Source of the DNA: Felis catus
Lineage: Eukaryota
Length of the DNA stretch: 64,000 nucleotides
NCBI RefSeq assembly: GCF_018350175.1
Contig: NC_058368.1
Span: 237,834,001-237,898,000 of the forward strand
Reading direction: 5' to 3'
This document shows positions 49,988 through 63,052 of this stretch, piece after piece (positions within the stretch are counted from its first letter, which is position 1; each line of letters opens with the position of its first letter). Below the pieces are notes generated by a model. It had not been told where the DNA came from. It saw only the letters and a program-made list of their open reading frames with translations, and did not search any database. Made by a program: the position numbers and the translations under genes.

Positions 49988-51232
49988 TAAAATAATGTTT
50001 AAGTAATCCATAGGAAAGCAGAAAAAAGAAAGAGAAAAGTGAAAAACAGAGAGAATAAAATGGCAGCATGAATCCCTAACACAATAACAAACACATTAAA
50101 TGTAGATGATCTAAATATATCAGTTAAAAGGCAGAGATTGGCAGAGTGGATTTAGAAAAAAGAAAACTGAGTCAAGTCTATGCTGAGTACAAGAAACTCA
50201 GTTCAGACACAACAAAGGAGGCAGCTTGCAACTGAAAGGATGCTTTAAGGCAATATCTATCGAAGACCTAGCAAGGTGTTTGTAGATGTAGAGAATAGTG
50301 TTCAAAAATTGTATGGAAAAAAAAGGAACAAGAAGAGGGTTTTTTTTTCTTTTTTAATGAAAAAGGAGAAATTTGGAGGAACCAGTCCAACTGATTTCCA
50401 GACTTCTTAGAGCTCCATTAACCCAGACTGGGTATATTGGTGGATGGACAGTCCCATAGATTAATGGAACAAAATAGAAAACCTAGAAACTGACCCACAC
50501 TGATATGCACAACTTATTTTTGATAAAGGCGCAAAAGTAATCCAATGTACAAAGGCAAGTCTTTCGACAAATGATGCTAGGTACGACTGGACATCTGCAT
50601 GCAGAAAGACGAACCCTGACCTAAACCTCAAACTTGATATAAAAATTAAGTCAAAATGTATCAGACTTGAATATAAGATGTTAAATTTTAGAACTCTAGA
50701 GGAACAAACAGCAGAAAATCTTTAGAATCTATGGCTAAGCAAATACATCCTGAAACATGATTCATAAAAGGTAGAACTGGTAAATAAGACTTTATCAAAA
50801 TTAAAAACCTTAACTCTGTGAAAAAACTCCCTTAACTGAATGAAAAGACAGACTGGGAGAATCTATGTGCAAATGTGGTAGCTGCCAAAACTAAGTATCT
50901 GAATTGTATAAAGAGCTCTCACCACTTAATGTTGAAAAAAAAATAATAATCCGAGTAGAAAATGGGAAAAAGACATGAACAAACATTTCACCAAGGAAGG
51001 TATACAGATCAAAAATGAACACCTAAAATTATATTCAACATCATTACCAATTGGGCAGATGCAAACTGCAATCATAATGAGACATCATTGCACATCTGTC
51101 AGAAATGCTAAAATTAAAAAAATAGTGACACCACCAAGTGCTGGCAAGGATGTAGAAAAGCTAGGTCACTCATATATTGCTGGTGAGAATGTAAAAGGTG
51201 TAGTCATTCTGAAGACTGTTTTGTTGTTTCTT

Positions 51233-51878
51233 TCTTTTTTTTTAATGTTTATTTTTGAGAGAGAGAGAGACAGAGCATAAGTGGTGAAGGAGCAGAGAGA
51301 GAGAGGGAGACACAGAATCCGAAGCAGGCTGCAGGCTCCGAGCTGTCGGCACAGAGCCCGATGCAGGACTTGAACTCATGAGCAGTGAGATAGATCATGA
51401 CCTGACCTGAAGTCAGACGCTTAACTGACTGAGCCTCCCGGGCACCCCCTCCCCCGACTTTGTTTTTAAGTTTATTTGAGAGAGAGAGAGAGAGAGAGAG
51501 ACCATGAGCCAGGGAGGGGCAGAGAGAGGGAGACACAGAATCCAAAGCAGGCTCCAGGCTCTGAGCTGTCAGTACAGAGCCCGATGCGGGACTCCAACTC
51601 ATGAGCAGTGAGATCATGACCTGAGCTGAAGTCAGATGCTTAACTGGCTGAGCCTCCCGGGCACCCCCTCCCCCGACTTTGTTTTTAAGTTTATTTGAGA
51701 GAGAGAGAGAGAGAGCATGAGCCAGGGAGGGGCAGAGAGAGGGAGACACAGAATCCGAAGCAGGCTCCAGGCTCCGAGCTGTCAGCACAGAGCCCGATGC
51801 AGAGTCGAATCCATGAACCGTGAGATCATGACCTGAGCCAAAGTCGGATGCTTAACCAACTGAGCCACCCAGGGGCCC
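51233..51878 (-). mobile_element. Head-to-tail CAN-SINE trimer
   Basis: Three monomers (~51233-51448, ~51459-51667, ~51678-51878) inside one TSD, GTTTTGTTGTTTCTT at 51218-51232 and 51881-51895. Confidence 0.95.
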
Positions 51879-54634
51879 AGGTTTTGTTGTTTCTTAAAGG
51901 ACAAAGCACACAAATACCATTTGACTGAGCACTTGTACTACTGGATAATTATCTCAGAGAAAGAAAGAAAAACTTACGTTCCTGGGAGCTTTCAGCATAA
52001 TGCCCGGAACTAGAGACAGGTTGATGTCCTTCAGCGAGTAAATGGTTGAACAAACTGGCAACTCCACACTGTGGGATACGACTCAGCAGTGGAAAGGCAT
52101 GCGGTCCTGATAACACACAGCAATCTGGGTGAGTCTTCACAGGGTTCCCCTAGCAAAAAATATAATTCTCAGGATTACGTACTGCATGGTTCCAGGTATG
52201 AAGCATTCTTGAAATGTTCAGTGATGCAAAAAGGGAGAATGGGTTAGTGGTTGCCAGGGACTAAGGTGGGGGGAGCGGCGGGGGAGGGAAACGACGCGGG
52301 CCCTCCCGCTGCCGGAGTTGCTCTGGCTCTCGACTGTCCGTCTTGGGCTCCTCACCGTGACATTGGAACTACGGTCTCGCCAGATATCACTGTGGGGGAA
52401 ACCGGAGTAGGTGACATCGCTCTTCACTTTCTTACCGCTTCTGAATCTTTATCTCCAAATTATCAAAAGTAATTTAAAAAGAACCACATTAAAGTTTGAC
52501 CGGTTTCCTGACTTTGAAAGAATGTAGAATTGGGTAAGTATTCACACTTTTATTTTATATGTATAGTATATAAATCTATGTATGTATTGATAGAAACATT
52601 TACAGGTATATAAATACCTATGTGCATAGAGAGTATGTGTCCGTATACGTGGGTCCATAAATTTATATCCATATGCATCCAGGAGATGCATACAACAAGG
52701 CATATGGACAGTATTTTGTGTTTATTTTAATCGGAATGTGAGATAAATACAAGCTTCTTAAGTCAAAAGTGCTGTGAGCACCATACAGTTAGTCCCCATT
52801 CTCGACTCAGTTGCTTTTTGTATTGATGTTGTCTTCAAAAAATGTCCCGTTCACCTGGAAGGATGCTGAGCAGATAAGGACATCCAAGACTGAGTCTGGA
52901 AGACCGGCCATGCTGTTGTTGGGCACTCCCAATGGCGGGAGAACTTAAGACCAGTGGACATAGGTAGGGGTGAGGCAGGAGACCTGCTCCTTCTTTGTTC
53001 CTGTTTGGGGTGTGAGGAAGGAAGAGGCAGGAAGGAGAACAAGGAGGGAGGAGGCTGGCTGGAAGGAGCATGAAAAGGGAGGGGGCAGGAAGGAGCAGGA
53101 GGAGGGAGGCGGCCGGAAGGGGCAGTGCCCGAGGGGACAGACAGTGTGGAGGGAGGGAGGGAAGGACCCAGTTCCCGTGTGGTTTTCACCGGCTCCAGCG
53201 GGTACTGGGGACATCGGTTGCTTCATGGACGGGTTGTGCTCCCTGCCCAGGAGCACTGCTCTCACGTTAGGGTGCTGGAAGAAGCCGTGCAGGGGCCGCC
53301 CTGCATTCTGTCCTCCAAGTGGCGCCAGGCTCTCCCGGGACCACAGCTCTGGCTCCCGCAAGCCAAGTCCTCACCCAGTGTCGGGGCCTCGACACCCTGT
53401 ACACGGTGGGGTGGTCTTGCCTGGACATATCCCTACAAATGGAGAGGAAAAGTTTTGCTTGCTTGCGTTTGGTCGTATCCGGAAACACATTCTAGGTGCT
53501 CCAGGCTGCGGGCACATTGCCTCTTTTCTCGCGCTGAAGAGTGACTGGCGGGGTGGGGCACAGGTCTGCTCTCCGGGACCTGCCCATGCCTGGTTTCCCG
53601 AACACTTCGAGTCGCCCTGCCTCCCTGTGCCCCGTCTAGACTGGGGTGCTTGAGCGTCAGGGTCACACTGCTTGTTGGTTCACTTGTTTGAGGTCGCATC
53701 GATCTCCTCAGCCCCCAGCACAGGGGTGGGAACTTAGCAGCTGCACCCACGTGTGTGCAGTGACTAGTCGAGCTGTGGGCGATGGCACTGAGGACACACG
53801 CACGCACGCACACGGGGCTGGAGGTGAGCCCTGTGTCATCCCCAGAGTCCCGGCAGCACCTCTGGGTTGGTTCTAGAGTACGGTGAACCGGCAGGTGCAG
53901 GGGGTGTGTTAGGAGCCCGCGAGGACTTGCACGGCCGGCTGTTGGGTTGGCTGCACCAGGCACATCTCTGGACACACGCACGTAGCCTTCTCCGCGTGTC
54001 TCATGAGACCCCCGTGAGCACAGCCAGGTGTTGGCGGGCTGGCCACTCCGACTGGGGAGATGAGCCCTTGGAGAGAACAGAGTGCCCGGAGTTTGCACCC
54101 TGCGGCTCCGTGGCTCCGGGGGGACCCTGTCCCCGTTCGTTTCAGTACTCTCGCCAGCGCCTTCCACCCAGATGCGGCCGCCCTCTGCGAAATCGAGCTA
54201 AATCTAACCTCTCACCGTAACCGGCTCAACACTCGGCACGCGTTTTAATCCTCAGCCAACGATGACCAGCATCACAGCAACGCTACGTGCCACCTCGGGT
54301 CCAGTTGGCACAGACCTCAGAAGGGAAGGGTTGTTGAGCAAGCTGGGGTGCTGTTCTGCAGCGATTTCAACATCTCGAGGTAATTACGGCCATTACAGAG
54401 ACGGCCATGAACGGACCCAGGCCCCCTAATTCGAAAGGTTCTCTGCGGAAAAACACCAAACCACAGGCGTGGGCTGGAGATTCAGTTGGGTGTCTTACTC
54501 GTGAACGAAATATATTTTTGCACGTTCCAGTGAGGTGGAAAGGCTTCAGCTTGTCCGTTCCCATGTGCATTAGGAATTCTCAAAATTTGGATCCTTGAAA
54601 ATAATTGCCCTGAATTTACCACCCCCCCCCCCCC

Positions 54635-54728
54635 GCAAATTATAGTTTAGGAGTCCTGGGAGGGGCCAGGACCCTGCATTTCAAAACGGTCCCCAGGGTT
54701 TTGATGCTGGTGGCTGAACTGAGAGCAG
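54635..54728. mobile_element. MER5-like DNA transposon fragment
   Basis: 'aggagtcctgggaggggccaggaccctgcatttcaaaacggtccccagggttttgatgctg...tgagagca'. Confidence 0.5.
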
Positions 54729-57700
54729 GATTCCCAGAGGCTATCCCGCTGGGGACGGGAGACCTTCTAGAAGCGTCAGCTTTTTTCCCAGGCAGTGGGC
54801 AGCATCCCTGGAGACCCGAAGCCGTGTTCAGTTGGCCCGTCTTTCAGGCCTGGCTCGCTAGTATAAAAGTGGCTCATCACCCCTTCCCCCACTGATGCTT
54901 GCGGGGAGGTGCACGCGAGGGCTGGAATGACACTTTGTCGCCGGCCGGGGCCAGCGCCTCTCGCCGGGACCTCAGCTCATCGGGAAACCAATGTTCCCCC
55001 ACTTTGTGTCTTCCTGTGATGTTTGGCTAATGTGACATTTCTAGTTTTCCCCCAAAATGCTTGGCCCTGGTGCTTGTTAAACTGGTCCATCTGCTCTTTT
55101 GACTTCGGGAACCGGGCAGAGCCCAGGCAGCTGTGAAAACGACACACGGAGCTTTGAAACTCCACAGGCTCCCGACCAAATGCAGTTCGCTCTGAGAATT
55201 GAGGGGTGTCTGTGGCGTCGATGGGGAACACGCGGCCACTGAGGCAGGCGGGCGGTGGCCTCCTGCCTCTGTCATGTAAAGACACAGAGCGCTGGCCTGC
55301 AGGTGTGGAGACCTTGGCGTGGTCCCGGGCTCTGGGGTCCCCCCCCGGGGGTGCGGGGGAAGAGAGGGCTCTGGGTGGGCTCGGCAGGGCTGTGCTACAG
55401 GGCTGGAAAAGGAGTCCCACACGCTCCTCTGCCCCTGTTGTAACCGGCCCCGCTCAGGGGGTCGAGAACCGGGGTCACCGACGACGGCTGCCGGCCCCAT
55501 GGGGTCAAGGCGGCTCACTGGGGCTAAGTAGGCAGGTTGTCCCCAAATTTGCTTCTCTCCGAGCAAGCGGTGGCCTCCTGGCCAGCGGACTTAGAAACTG
55601 GTTCTCCAAGAGCCTTTGCCAGATGGCCCGCTGTTTGCTCCTTCTGGTTTACCTGGTGTCAGGGCTCCGTCCGCAACCCCGGGTGGTTTTACTCAATCCC
55701 CTCGCTCACCTCCCAGCCGTAGCCGCCCGGAGCAGGTCCCTGACGGTGACCCGAGGGGAGCGAGGCTGGTTTCGGGTACTTCCTGGAGCGCTGGGGTGAA
55801 GCTGTTTCTTCAGCCCTGAGAGGAGCTTCTGTCCTTTTCTGTCACGAGGACGACATGACCATCACCACCCCCTTCATTTACCTGGATTCTTTGTCAGAAC
55901 TCACTAAGTTCGTGTTAGTGAACATCGAACACAGGAGAGAAACACGCACACACCATTCTTCCCCGGCTTCCAGGGCAGCAGCAGGTCCCAGAAAAATAAC
56001 CCTCAAGACGGGCATTCGCTCACGCCCCTGGTCAGCTCTCCCCCGGCTGAGCTACCTCCATGACCTAGAGACCCGGCCCCGACCCTTTGCACCAGCCTCC
56101 TGTGAGCACGGACCCCGCAGCCTGGGGTCCGCATTCTGGACCAGGAGCACCGACACCTGCAGAACAGGGCCCGCACCCCCAAGACTCAGGAGTCCGAGAG
56201 TCTGCATCCGGAGTGTGTCCGTGCATCTCTGCACCGGGCCTGCAGTGTGGAACTGCGGTTACTTGGGGTTCACACACCGGAAGGTCGGCTGACTTTGAGC
56301 CTTTGGAATGACCGGCAGAAGCCAACGGGCAAAAGATACATGGAAAAAAGAGGGCTGTGTCCCCGTGAAAAGGACAGATGCAAATCCCAGGCTGGGACCT
56401 GACCTCGGCTAAGCCCCAGGTGAGCGGATGCCCCACTCAAGCTGCAGCAAAAGCTGGTCCTTCTTTGTGGTGTTCCTCCTCCTGGGATCTCAGTGTGGAC
56501 GCTGGACAGAAGGTTCACCACACTCTGATTTTGATCTTATATAAGACAGCCTGTTTCAAAAGAAGCAGGAAGTACAAGCGTGTCTTCTCTCTCTCTCTCC
56601 ATAGCACGAATGAATCTTTCTTCCAAAGGTACCTAACAAAGTCATCTCCCAGCACATTGTGGGGGTAAAATAGGGTGAGGGTCTGTGTCTGGAATTTCTC
56701 TCTTTGGTGGGGAATCCCTCCCGCTTCGTCCGGCTCCTTCAGGAACTGGGTGCCTCTGTCATTGCACAAACCGTGCACACTTCTGACAATTCTGTGTCAC
56801 TGTCTTTTCACCTACAACCTCCTTTTGCAAAAACTAAAGACGTGGAAACTAGTTGAGAAGGCTTTCTGAGCACCAGATACTTCTCACAAAATGTGCCGAT
56901 GACTTCCGTGTGGATGAATCCCAGACATACGGCCCACATTTCCCTTCAGATGCACCTGGCTTCAGAAACGTGGGGGAAGGGGCTTGGCAAAGTGGACCCG
57001 GAGCCCTCGTCCAGACCCGAATGTCCGACTCATTTGCCAAAATCTAGACATGCCTTGGTTTTCCCACCACTTTTTCCCCAAGTCATTGCCACAGTGTGTT
57101 AGAGCCAGTCCTTTCGAACCCACGGTAGACACAGGCGAGCACACATACTCATCAGTATCGACACATGGGCATTTTTTACAGCCGCGTTGATTTAAAGGCT
57201 GGGATCCGAGGAGTACAGAGAAGCTTCACAAAGCACAGCATCACCAGAACCAAGGGATGCAGAACGTGGGCATGCCAAAACACGTCTTTCCTCTTCTCTC
57301 TCTCTCTCTCTCTCTTTTCATAGAAGCCATTTAGAGACGTGGCGACTTTTGTTAGGATGCGGTTCTCAACCCTGGCTGCCAGAGTCCTTGTAGCAAACCC
57401 CAGCTAGCCTCAGGCAGCCGTCCCGGCCAGGACCTGGGGCTTTGCCAGCATGGTCCTTACAACGCGCTCTCCGGATTATTCCGGATTCTTATGTTCACGA
57501 GCAGCCAGGTGTGAGCACTGGTTGGGAAGTTATCACGAACACAGGACGCAGTGGCCCTGTTTGCCTTGGGTCACAGGAAGGTTCTTTTGTAGCATTCAGG
57601 GCTCCGTTCAAAGAGAAGTCCGGGATGAAGCTGGCAGCCCAGCGGCCGGCCTCTTCTTTCTTTGGGCTAAAAGCGCAGGAATTGGGGAAGCCCGGGACGT

Positions 57701-58439
57701 AATGAAAAGAGCCCAGGGATACCTGTGGGGACTTCTTCCGCAGGCTCAGGGATGTTCCTCCGGAGGGGGTGCCCGGGGGCAGGACCAGGACGGGGTCGGG
57801 GTTGCTCCTGTGGCTGTGGCCTGACAACCGTTACTCTTGCCTCCGTATCTATGAAAAACGTGTGTAGGTTTCACTTTGCACGTGCCTTTCTTGACCAGAG
57901 GGGTCCGGGCCTTGCCTCCTGCCACTGCCCAAGGCACACACAGCGTCCCCCTCCAGGGAGCCCGGTGGTGACTGCATCCCTGGACCCACAGCGCCTCCTC
58001 TGAGAGGCCGGTCAGCCGTCCCGGGGGCCTGGCTTTCCGCTCTAAAACCCACCCAGACCCGGGCAAACCAGGTTCCCTGGGGTCAGCGGGACTCGGCCAG
58101 GCTGGTGGGTCCCCGCCTCGGGCCTTCGCGCCGAGTTCTGGCATTTGGCGGCAATGGGGTGGCACAGGATGGGACGCCCCCTGCAGCCTGACCCAGCAGG
58201 GGATGTGGCCATGGAACCTACAAGGGGCCGTGGAGAAACATTCACCAACAATTAAGCCTAGAACTGACAGCACTTGGTGACAGGTTATTGCTCTGCTCAA
58301 ACCAGAATAAATAAACCCTGGTGGACCCTGACCACGAGTCAGAGGATCGACAAGCATCTTTTGGTCGCTGTCATTCACATGACAGCAATTTAGCTGAATT
58401 AATTAGCTTTTAACCAATCTGACCCTCATTTAAATTTGA

Positions 58440-58503
58440 CTTCTCAGTGTCTAACATGGGGTCTGGCTTATAGTATGTGTTCAATAAACGTTTGTTGAAG
58501 AAA
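58440..58503 (+). mobile_element. L2 3' terminus
   Basis: 'cagtgtctaacatggggtctggcttatagtatgtgttcaataaacgtttgttgaa'. Confidence 0.65.
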
Positions 58504-60039
58504 CACTCATGCAGCCTCCAATTAAGGAAAAGCGGGCACAGGAGTGGGCAGACACGGTCTGCAAAAGGAATTAGTGGCAGAAGAGAATCATTACGAAAAG
58601 AAACCGGTTTCCAATGAAGTCACTCCCGTGTCCACCGGAAACATTTATGAACACAGAAATACATTGGAAAACGAAGTCGGGAATGTTGGCCTTGGAGCCT
58701 TGGGTGACGAGCTTTGTTGCACGTTTGGGTATGCGGCCACGAGCAGGCAGCCGGCAGAGGATTTGCACCACATGGAGCTTCCAAGGGCTTCTGCGTTACT
58801 GTTAATTGGATTCATACCCTGAGCCCTAAAACACCCACCCGCTTTGTGGCTCTGGAGGCCAACGCAGGAGTCAGAACAGCCGGAAGATTCGTAAGTAATT
58901 GGAAGCGGCGAAAAGATTGGGCCTCCTGAAAATGGCAGCCTCCTGGACGAAGTCTCTAGGCTGGCCCTGCACTCCTCCTCCGTCGCTCCGTGTGCTGTAT
59001 CTTGTATTTCATGCTTCTGTTCCTCTCTGGATATTTTGAAGTGCTAAAGCCTGTATTTCAGCTTTTCGGAAAAATCCACGTCTAAATTAATTATGTTTCT
59101 GCTAAAGGGGGAGAAAAAGATATTAGATGCCCGAGCTAAAGTAAAATGAAATCAACTTTTTTCCTTTCTTTATTAGATTTTAATGGTATTATTATAATAA
59201 TTAAGCTTTTCATTAATTTTTTCACGCTTATTGAGTCACGGTTCCCTGCAGATTTGAACCATATTTAACGTATAATCACGGTGGTCCGTTCTTCGAAGGG
59301 AGTTTGAAGGTGGAGAAGGGCTCACCTACACTTCTCAAATTAAAATGAGCAGCACAGGGACCGCCGGCCCCTTGTTGGCCAACCCAAGGGGCTTCAGCAA
59401 AGCTTTTGGCTGCTTCTCAGGCACGTGGGGGACCGGACTCCAGGGGCTGCGGGGGGCACGTCCGGACTCGGGGGGAGGATGGGCTGCTGGTTCCAGCTTC
59501 TATCTACTGTGTTGTGACACCAGCCTGCTTTGGAGCTCCCCGAAATGAAGGAGTCAAAGGCACCCAACGGGAGACAAACACGCCCACGTGTGAGACTTTC
59601 CTTGCCTTGGTGAGGGAGGGCTTCGCGGTGAAACGGAGAAGCAAGGTGCCCCTCTGGGTCCCGGTGCGCCCCGTCCGGGGCACAGGAGCCTCTGCCAGAG
59701 GTATCTGGGGAGGCACACTCTAATGCAGACCACTCACACATAAGGACAGCAAAGCCTCTGCACAGAAACAACTTGGCTAAAATCTTGACGTATGGGTCTA
59801 CCTGTTTTTCGATAAGAAATGAGAACTATCACCTGCTTTGGGAAGATCGGCTGCCGTGGACTCTTTGACCCTGTTTGATGAGGAGTTAAGGGAAAGAGGA
59901 GGGCACAGCCAGACAGGGGAAGAGGGTGGGGTGAAAGGGAGGGAGGTGCACCTGGAGGGAGCAGGGAAAGTTCCAGAATCAGATCCTCGGGCTCTGCCAT
60001 TGTGGCAAGGAGTAAGGAGAGCACACAGGAAAGCCTGGG

Positions 60040-60232
60040 GTGGGGGGTGAAGGTGGAGGGGGGAGAAAAGAGTAGAGAAGTTCTGGGGAGAAGAGGGTGA
60101 GACAGGGAAGGCCAGGGAAAGGGAGGGAAGAAGAGGGGAGGGGAGGGGAGGGGAGGGGAGGGGAGGGGAGGGGAGGAGAAGGAAGGGGGAAGACAGAGGA
60201 GAGCAGGGAAGGGCTAGGGAAGGGAAAGGAGG
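60040..60232. repeat. Polypurine tract containing (GGGGA)8
   Basis: Read directly. The perfect pentamer run lies at ~60135-60174. Confidence 0.92.
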
Positions 60233-60977
60233 GGACCCTGGTCGGGGAGCTCCCCACAGCTGCCTGCCCCACGTGCCCCAGACAAGTCAGGGCGGCAGGA
60301 GGAGGGCTTGAGCATCCGGAGGTGGCCGTCCCTGGCTCTGGCCGCGGGCAGGACCGGCTTGCGCCTCTAGCATGCCAGTCAGAGGCTGTGCTGACCTGCA
60401 CCCCTTGCACGTGTGGTGGGAGCCTTTGCTGGTCCCACCACCTCCTTTCTGGGGGGTTATTTGACTCCGTTTTGTCCAGCCATCCCTGTAGGTTTGGGAA
60501 GTGCAAGGCAAGTCTCCGGTCTCACATTTGCCTAAAGTGTGCCTATCACTTTGTGGAGTGCACGCCATGGCTGGCACAGTAGTGTTCTAGGTCAGCTGGT
60601 GGGGTGGCCCAGGGAGCACCGGGCAGAGAAAGACGTGACTGCAGACAGGTCCCACTGGCGTGACCCCGGAGAAGGTCGTGCACGAGAGGCGAGCAGTGAA
60701 CGTTACCGCAGAAACGCAGCTGCTTGTGGTTGGTAAAATGTTTTGAGGGCCTTTCTCCCCAAAGAACGGTTTGTAAGTTCTTTCACTCGCTAACTCTTTG
60801 GCTGGATATTCTAAGGACGTTATTCCGGAAGTTACGCGGTAATCTCCACACGCAGCGTGTTCACGCAGGCAGCGCTGGGGGCTTCCCACCCTGAAGGTAA
60901 AACCACCCTGTGGCATTTTCACATAGAGACATCCTGAGGACCACGGGAATATTTGCCACCGTTTAAAGAACAGCTAC

Positions 60978-61210
60978 GGGCGCGCCTGGCTGGTTCAGAC
61001 GGTTAAGCGTCCGACTTCGGCCAGGTCTTGAGCTCGCGGTTCATGAGTTCGAGCCCCGTGTCAGGCTCTGCGCTGACAGCTCAGAGCCTGGAACCTGCTT
61101 CTGAGTCTGTGTCTCCCTCTCTGTCTGTGTCCTTCCCCCACTCATGCTCAGTCTCCCTGTCTCTCAAAAATAAAATAAACATAATAAGTGAATGAATGAA
61201 TGAATGAATG
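60978..61210 (+). mobile_element. Feline CAN-SINE with (GAAT)n tail extension
   Basis: 'gggcgcgcctggctggttcagacggttaagcgtccgacttcggccaggtc'. Flanked by CAGCTAC direct repeats. Confidence 0.93.
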
Positions 61211-61400
61211 GTTAGCAGCTACCTGCGGGCAGCAAGGCGGTGTGGTGACTCCCTAGGGAAACCGTGAACAGTGACCCCTGCCACCCCCCCCCCGGTAAGC
61301 TCTTCATGAGTGTTCCTGCTCACGTCCTCACTGATGCCTTGGCAGAAGCCTATCTGCGTGTATTTACCGGTGAAGGAGAGGCTGGCAGGACATGGTAGAG

Positions 61401-61670
61401 TGCTGTCCCCTGCTGTCTCCACAGTGTCCCCCACTGTCCCCCTCTGTCCCTGCCCCCCGTCCCTTGCTGTCCCCCCACTGTCCTCCGTTGTCCCCCAGCA
61501 TCCCCCAATGTCCCTGTCCCCTGCTGTTCCTCCGCTGTCCCCCGCTGTCCTCCACTGTCTGCTGACCCCCCACTATCCCCTGCTGTCTCCCACTCTCCCT
61601 CACTGTTCTCCGGTGTCCCCCGCTGCCCTCTGCTGTCCCCCATTATCCCCCACTGTCCCCCGCTCTCCCC
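61401..61670. repeat. Degenerate ~10-bp tandem repeat (CTGTCCCCCR)n
   Basis: Recurrent 'ctgtcccc' units. C-rich on the + strand. Confidence 0.85.
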
Positions 61671-63052
61671 AGGCCCTTTATTTGCCTGCAGCCTCAGGAA
61701 ATAAAAAACTAAAACCCAGAGCAGAGGATGGACAGGAATCAACGGAAATGTTTCCTCACTGACAAGTCTTTTCAGCAGAGGTGTCATTAAGTTACAAATC
61801 AATACTTAAAACTGATACAGATAAAGATCCGTCAAGGACAGGCTTGCAGACTCACTGGACCGGTCACTGGGCATCTCGGCCCCAGAGGAATTGAAGCCCC
61901 CACCCCCACCCCCTGGAGCTCCCCCCCCCCACTTTCTGGAAGGTGCCCTAACCTTCCCCCTTTCCCACCTTGCCCCTTCTCTGCACCAACTCCCGGAAGG
62001 TTTCGTTTAAAGCAGACGTAAGCGAGAGATTCAAAACAGCCATGCTAGGTGCTTAGGGCTCCCTTCTCTGCAAGGAAAACCTAGCCCCGTGACTTTACCA
62101 GCCAGGTCAGGGAGGGAAGCCATCCCGCAGAGGGGAGGCCCTCCCTGTTCGTTCATTCACTAATACCTGCTTTCCCTAGCAAACCTCACAGACAGGCGCA
62201 CCTGCCTCGGCCCCTGGAGCTCCGTGTGGGAGGCCCCCTGCGCACGGCCAGTGGGCTCCCGCCAGCAGCCGGGCTGCTAGCCTCACCAGGGACAGGGGGG
62301 CTTCTGACCCAGGCAGGCCTGACTCCAGGAGGGCATCTTGCCCAGGGCTGGTGACCCTGGTGTGGGAGCCACAGCCCCTGTGCTCAAAACGAGTCGAGGT
62401 GCGTGTGGCCAGAAAGGGGATGCGGAACGTAAAGGCCACAGGCTCGAAGCCCCTGCCCACACCCAGGGCGAGACCCCCAGGGTTACAGTGGGGAGCTCAC
62501 ACCCCAGAGACACACCGAGACCCCGCAGGCACGCTTCTCGGTGGCCCAGGGCTCCACTAGCCCTCGGGAAGTGTCAGGGGATGTGACTGGGCGTCCAGGC
62601 CAACCAAGTACCGCCCCCGCGGGCTGCCCTCCAGGACGGAGGAGGAGGGACAGGGCAACAACAGGGCTCTGCCCCTCCTCCCGCCCAGCACCCCAGCGGC
62701 CCAGCTCCAGCCTGCCGGGAGCCCCTATCTGGAAGAAAATCACGGCTCCACAGCGAACCCAAGGGTGAGCAGAGAAGGTGCTTGTGCTTTCAGACGGGGC
62801 GGGAGCACACACAGAGAGAGGAAGGGGCTGGGCACAGGTGTGAGCTTGGCCAGCCTTTTGGGGAGAGGCCCGGGCACGAGTCTCAGGCACCTGTTGTCCC
62901 CTTGCTCCTCAGGCAGCAAGCCTTGGGGGTGGGGGGTCCAATGTGGGGTCCAGCTCTCCTGGAAGAGCTCTCTGGGAAGGGCGGTGTGCGCGTGCAGTCA
63001 GAAGCTTCGGTGAGCACTCTTCCTCCTGCGTTTCTTCCTCTTGCACACTCAA

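Larger units (their letters stand above)
47005..52480 (+). mobile_element. Ancient L1 (L1MD-like) with 5' UTR, decayed ORF1, internally deleted ORF2 and 3' UTR
   Basis: 5' end 'tgcctcatataccccagactcagagctgaagaagccagca' (L1MDa-like from memory). ORF1-like remnants at ~48450-49250. ORF2 start at ~50060-50242. Post-RT and C-terminal remnants at 50243-51217 (the ORF at 50975 gives MNKHFTKEGIQ...AGKDVEKLGHSYIAGENVK). 3' end 'cagatatcactgtgggggaaaccgg...ttcttaccgcttctgaatct...aattatcaaaagtaatttaaaaa'. Confidence 0.85.

Noticed and set aside
50975..51280. 101-aa ORF with real protein similarity
   Set aside because: It is a decayed L1 ORF2 C-terminal remnant running into a SINE, not a gene.
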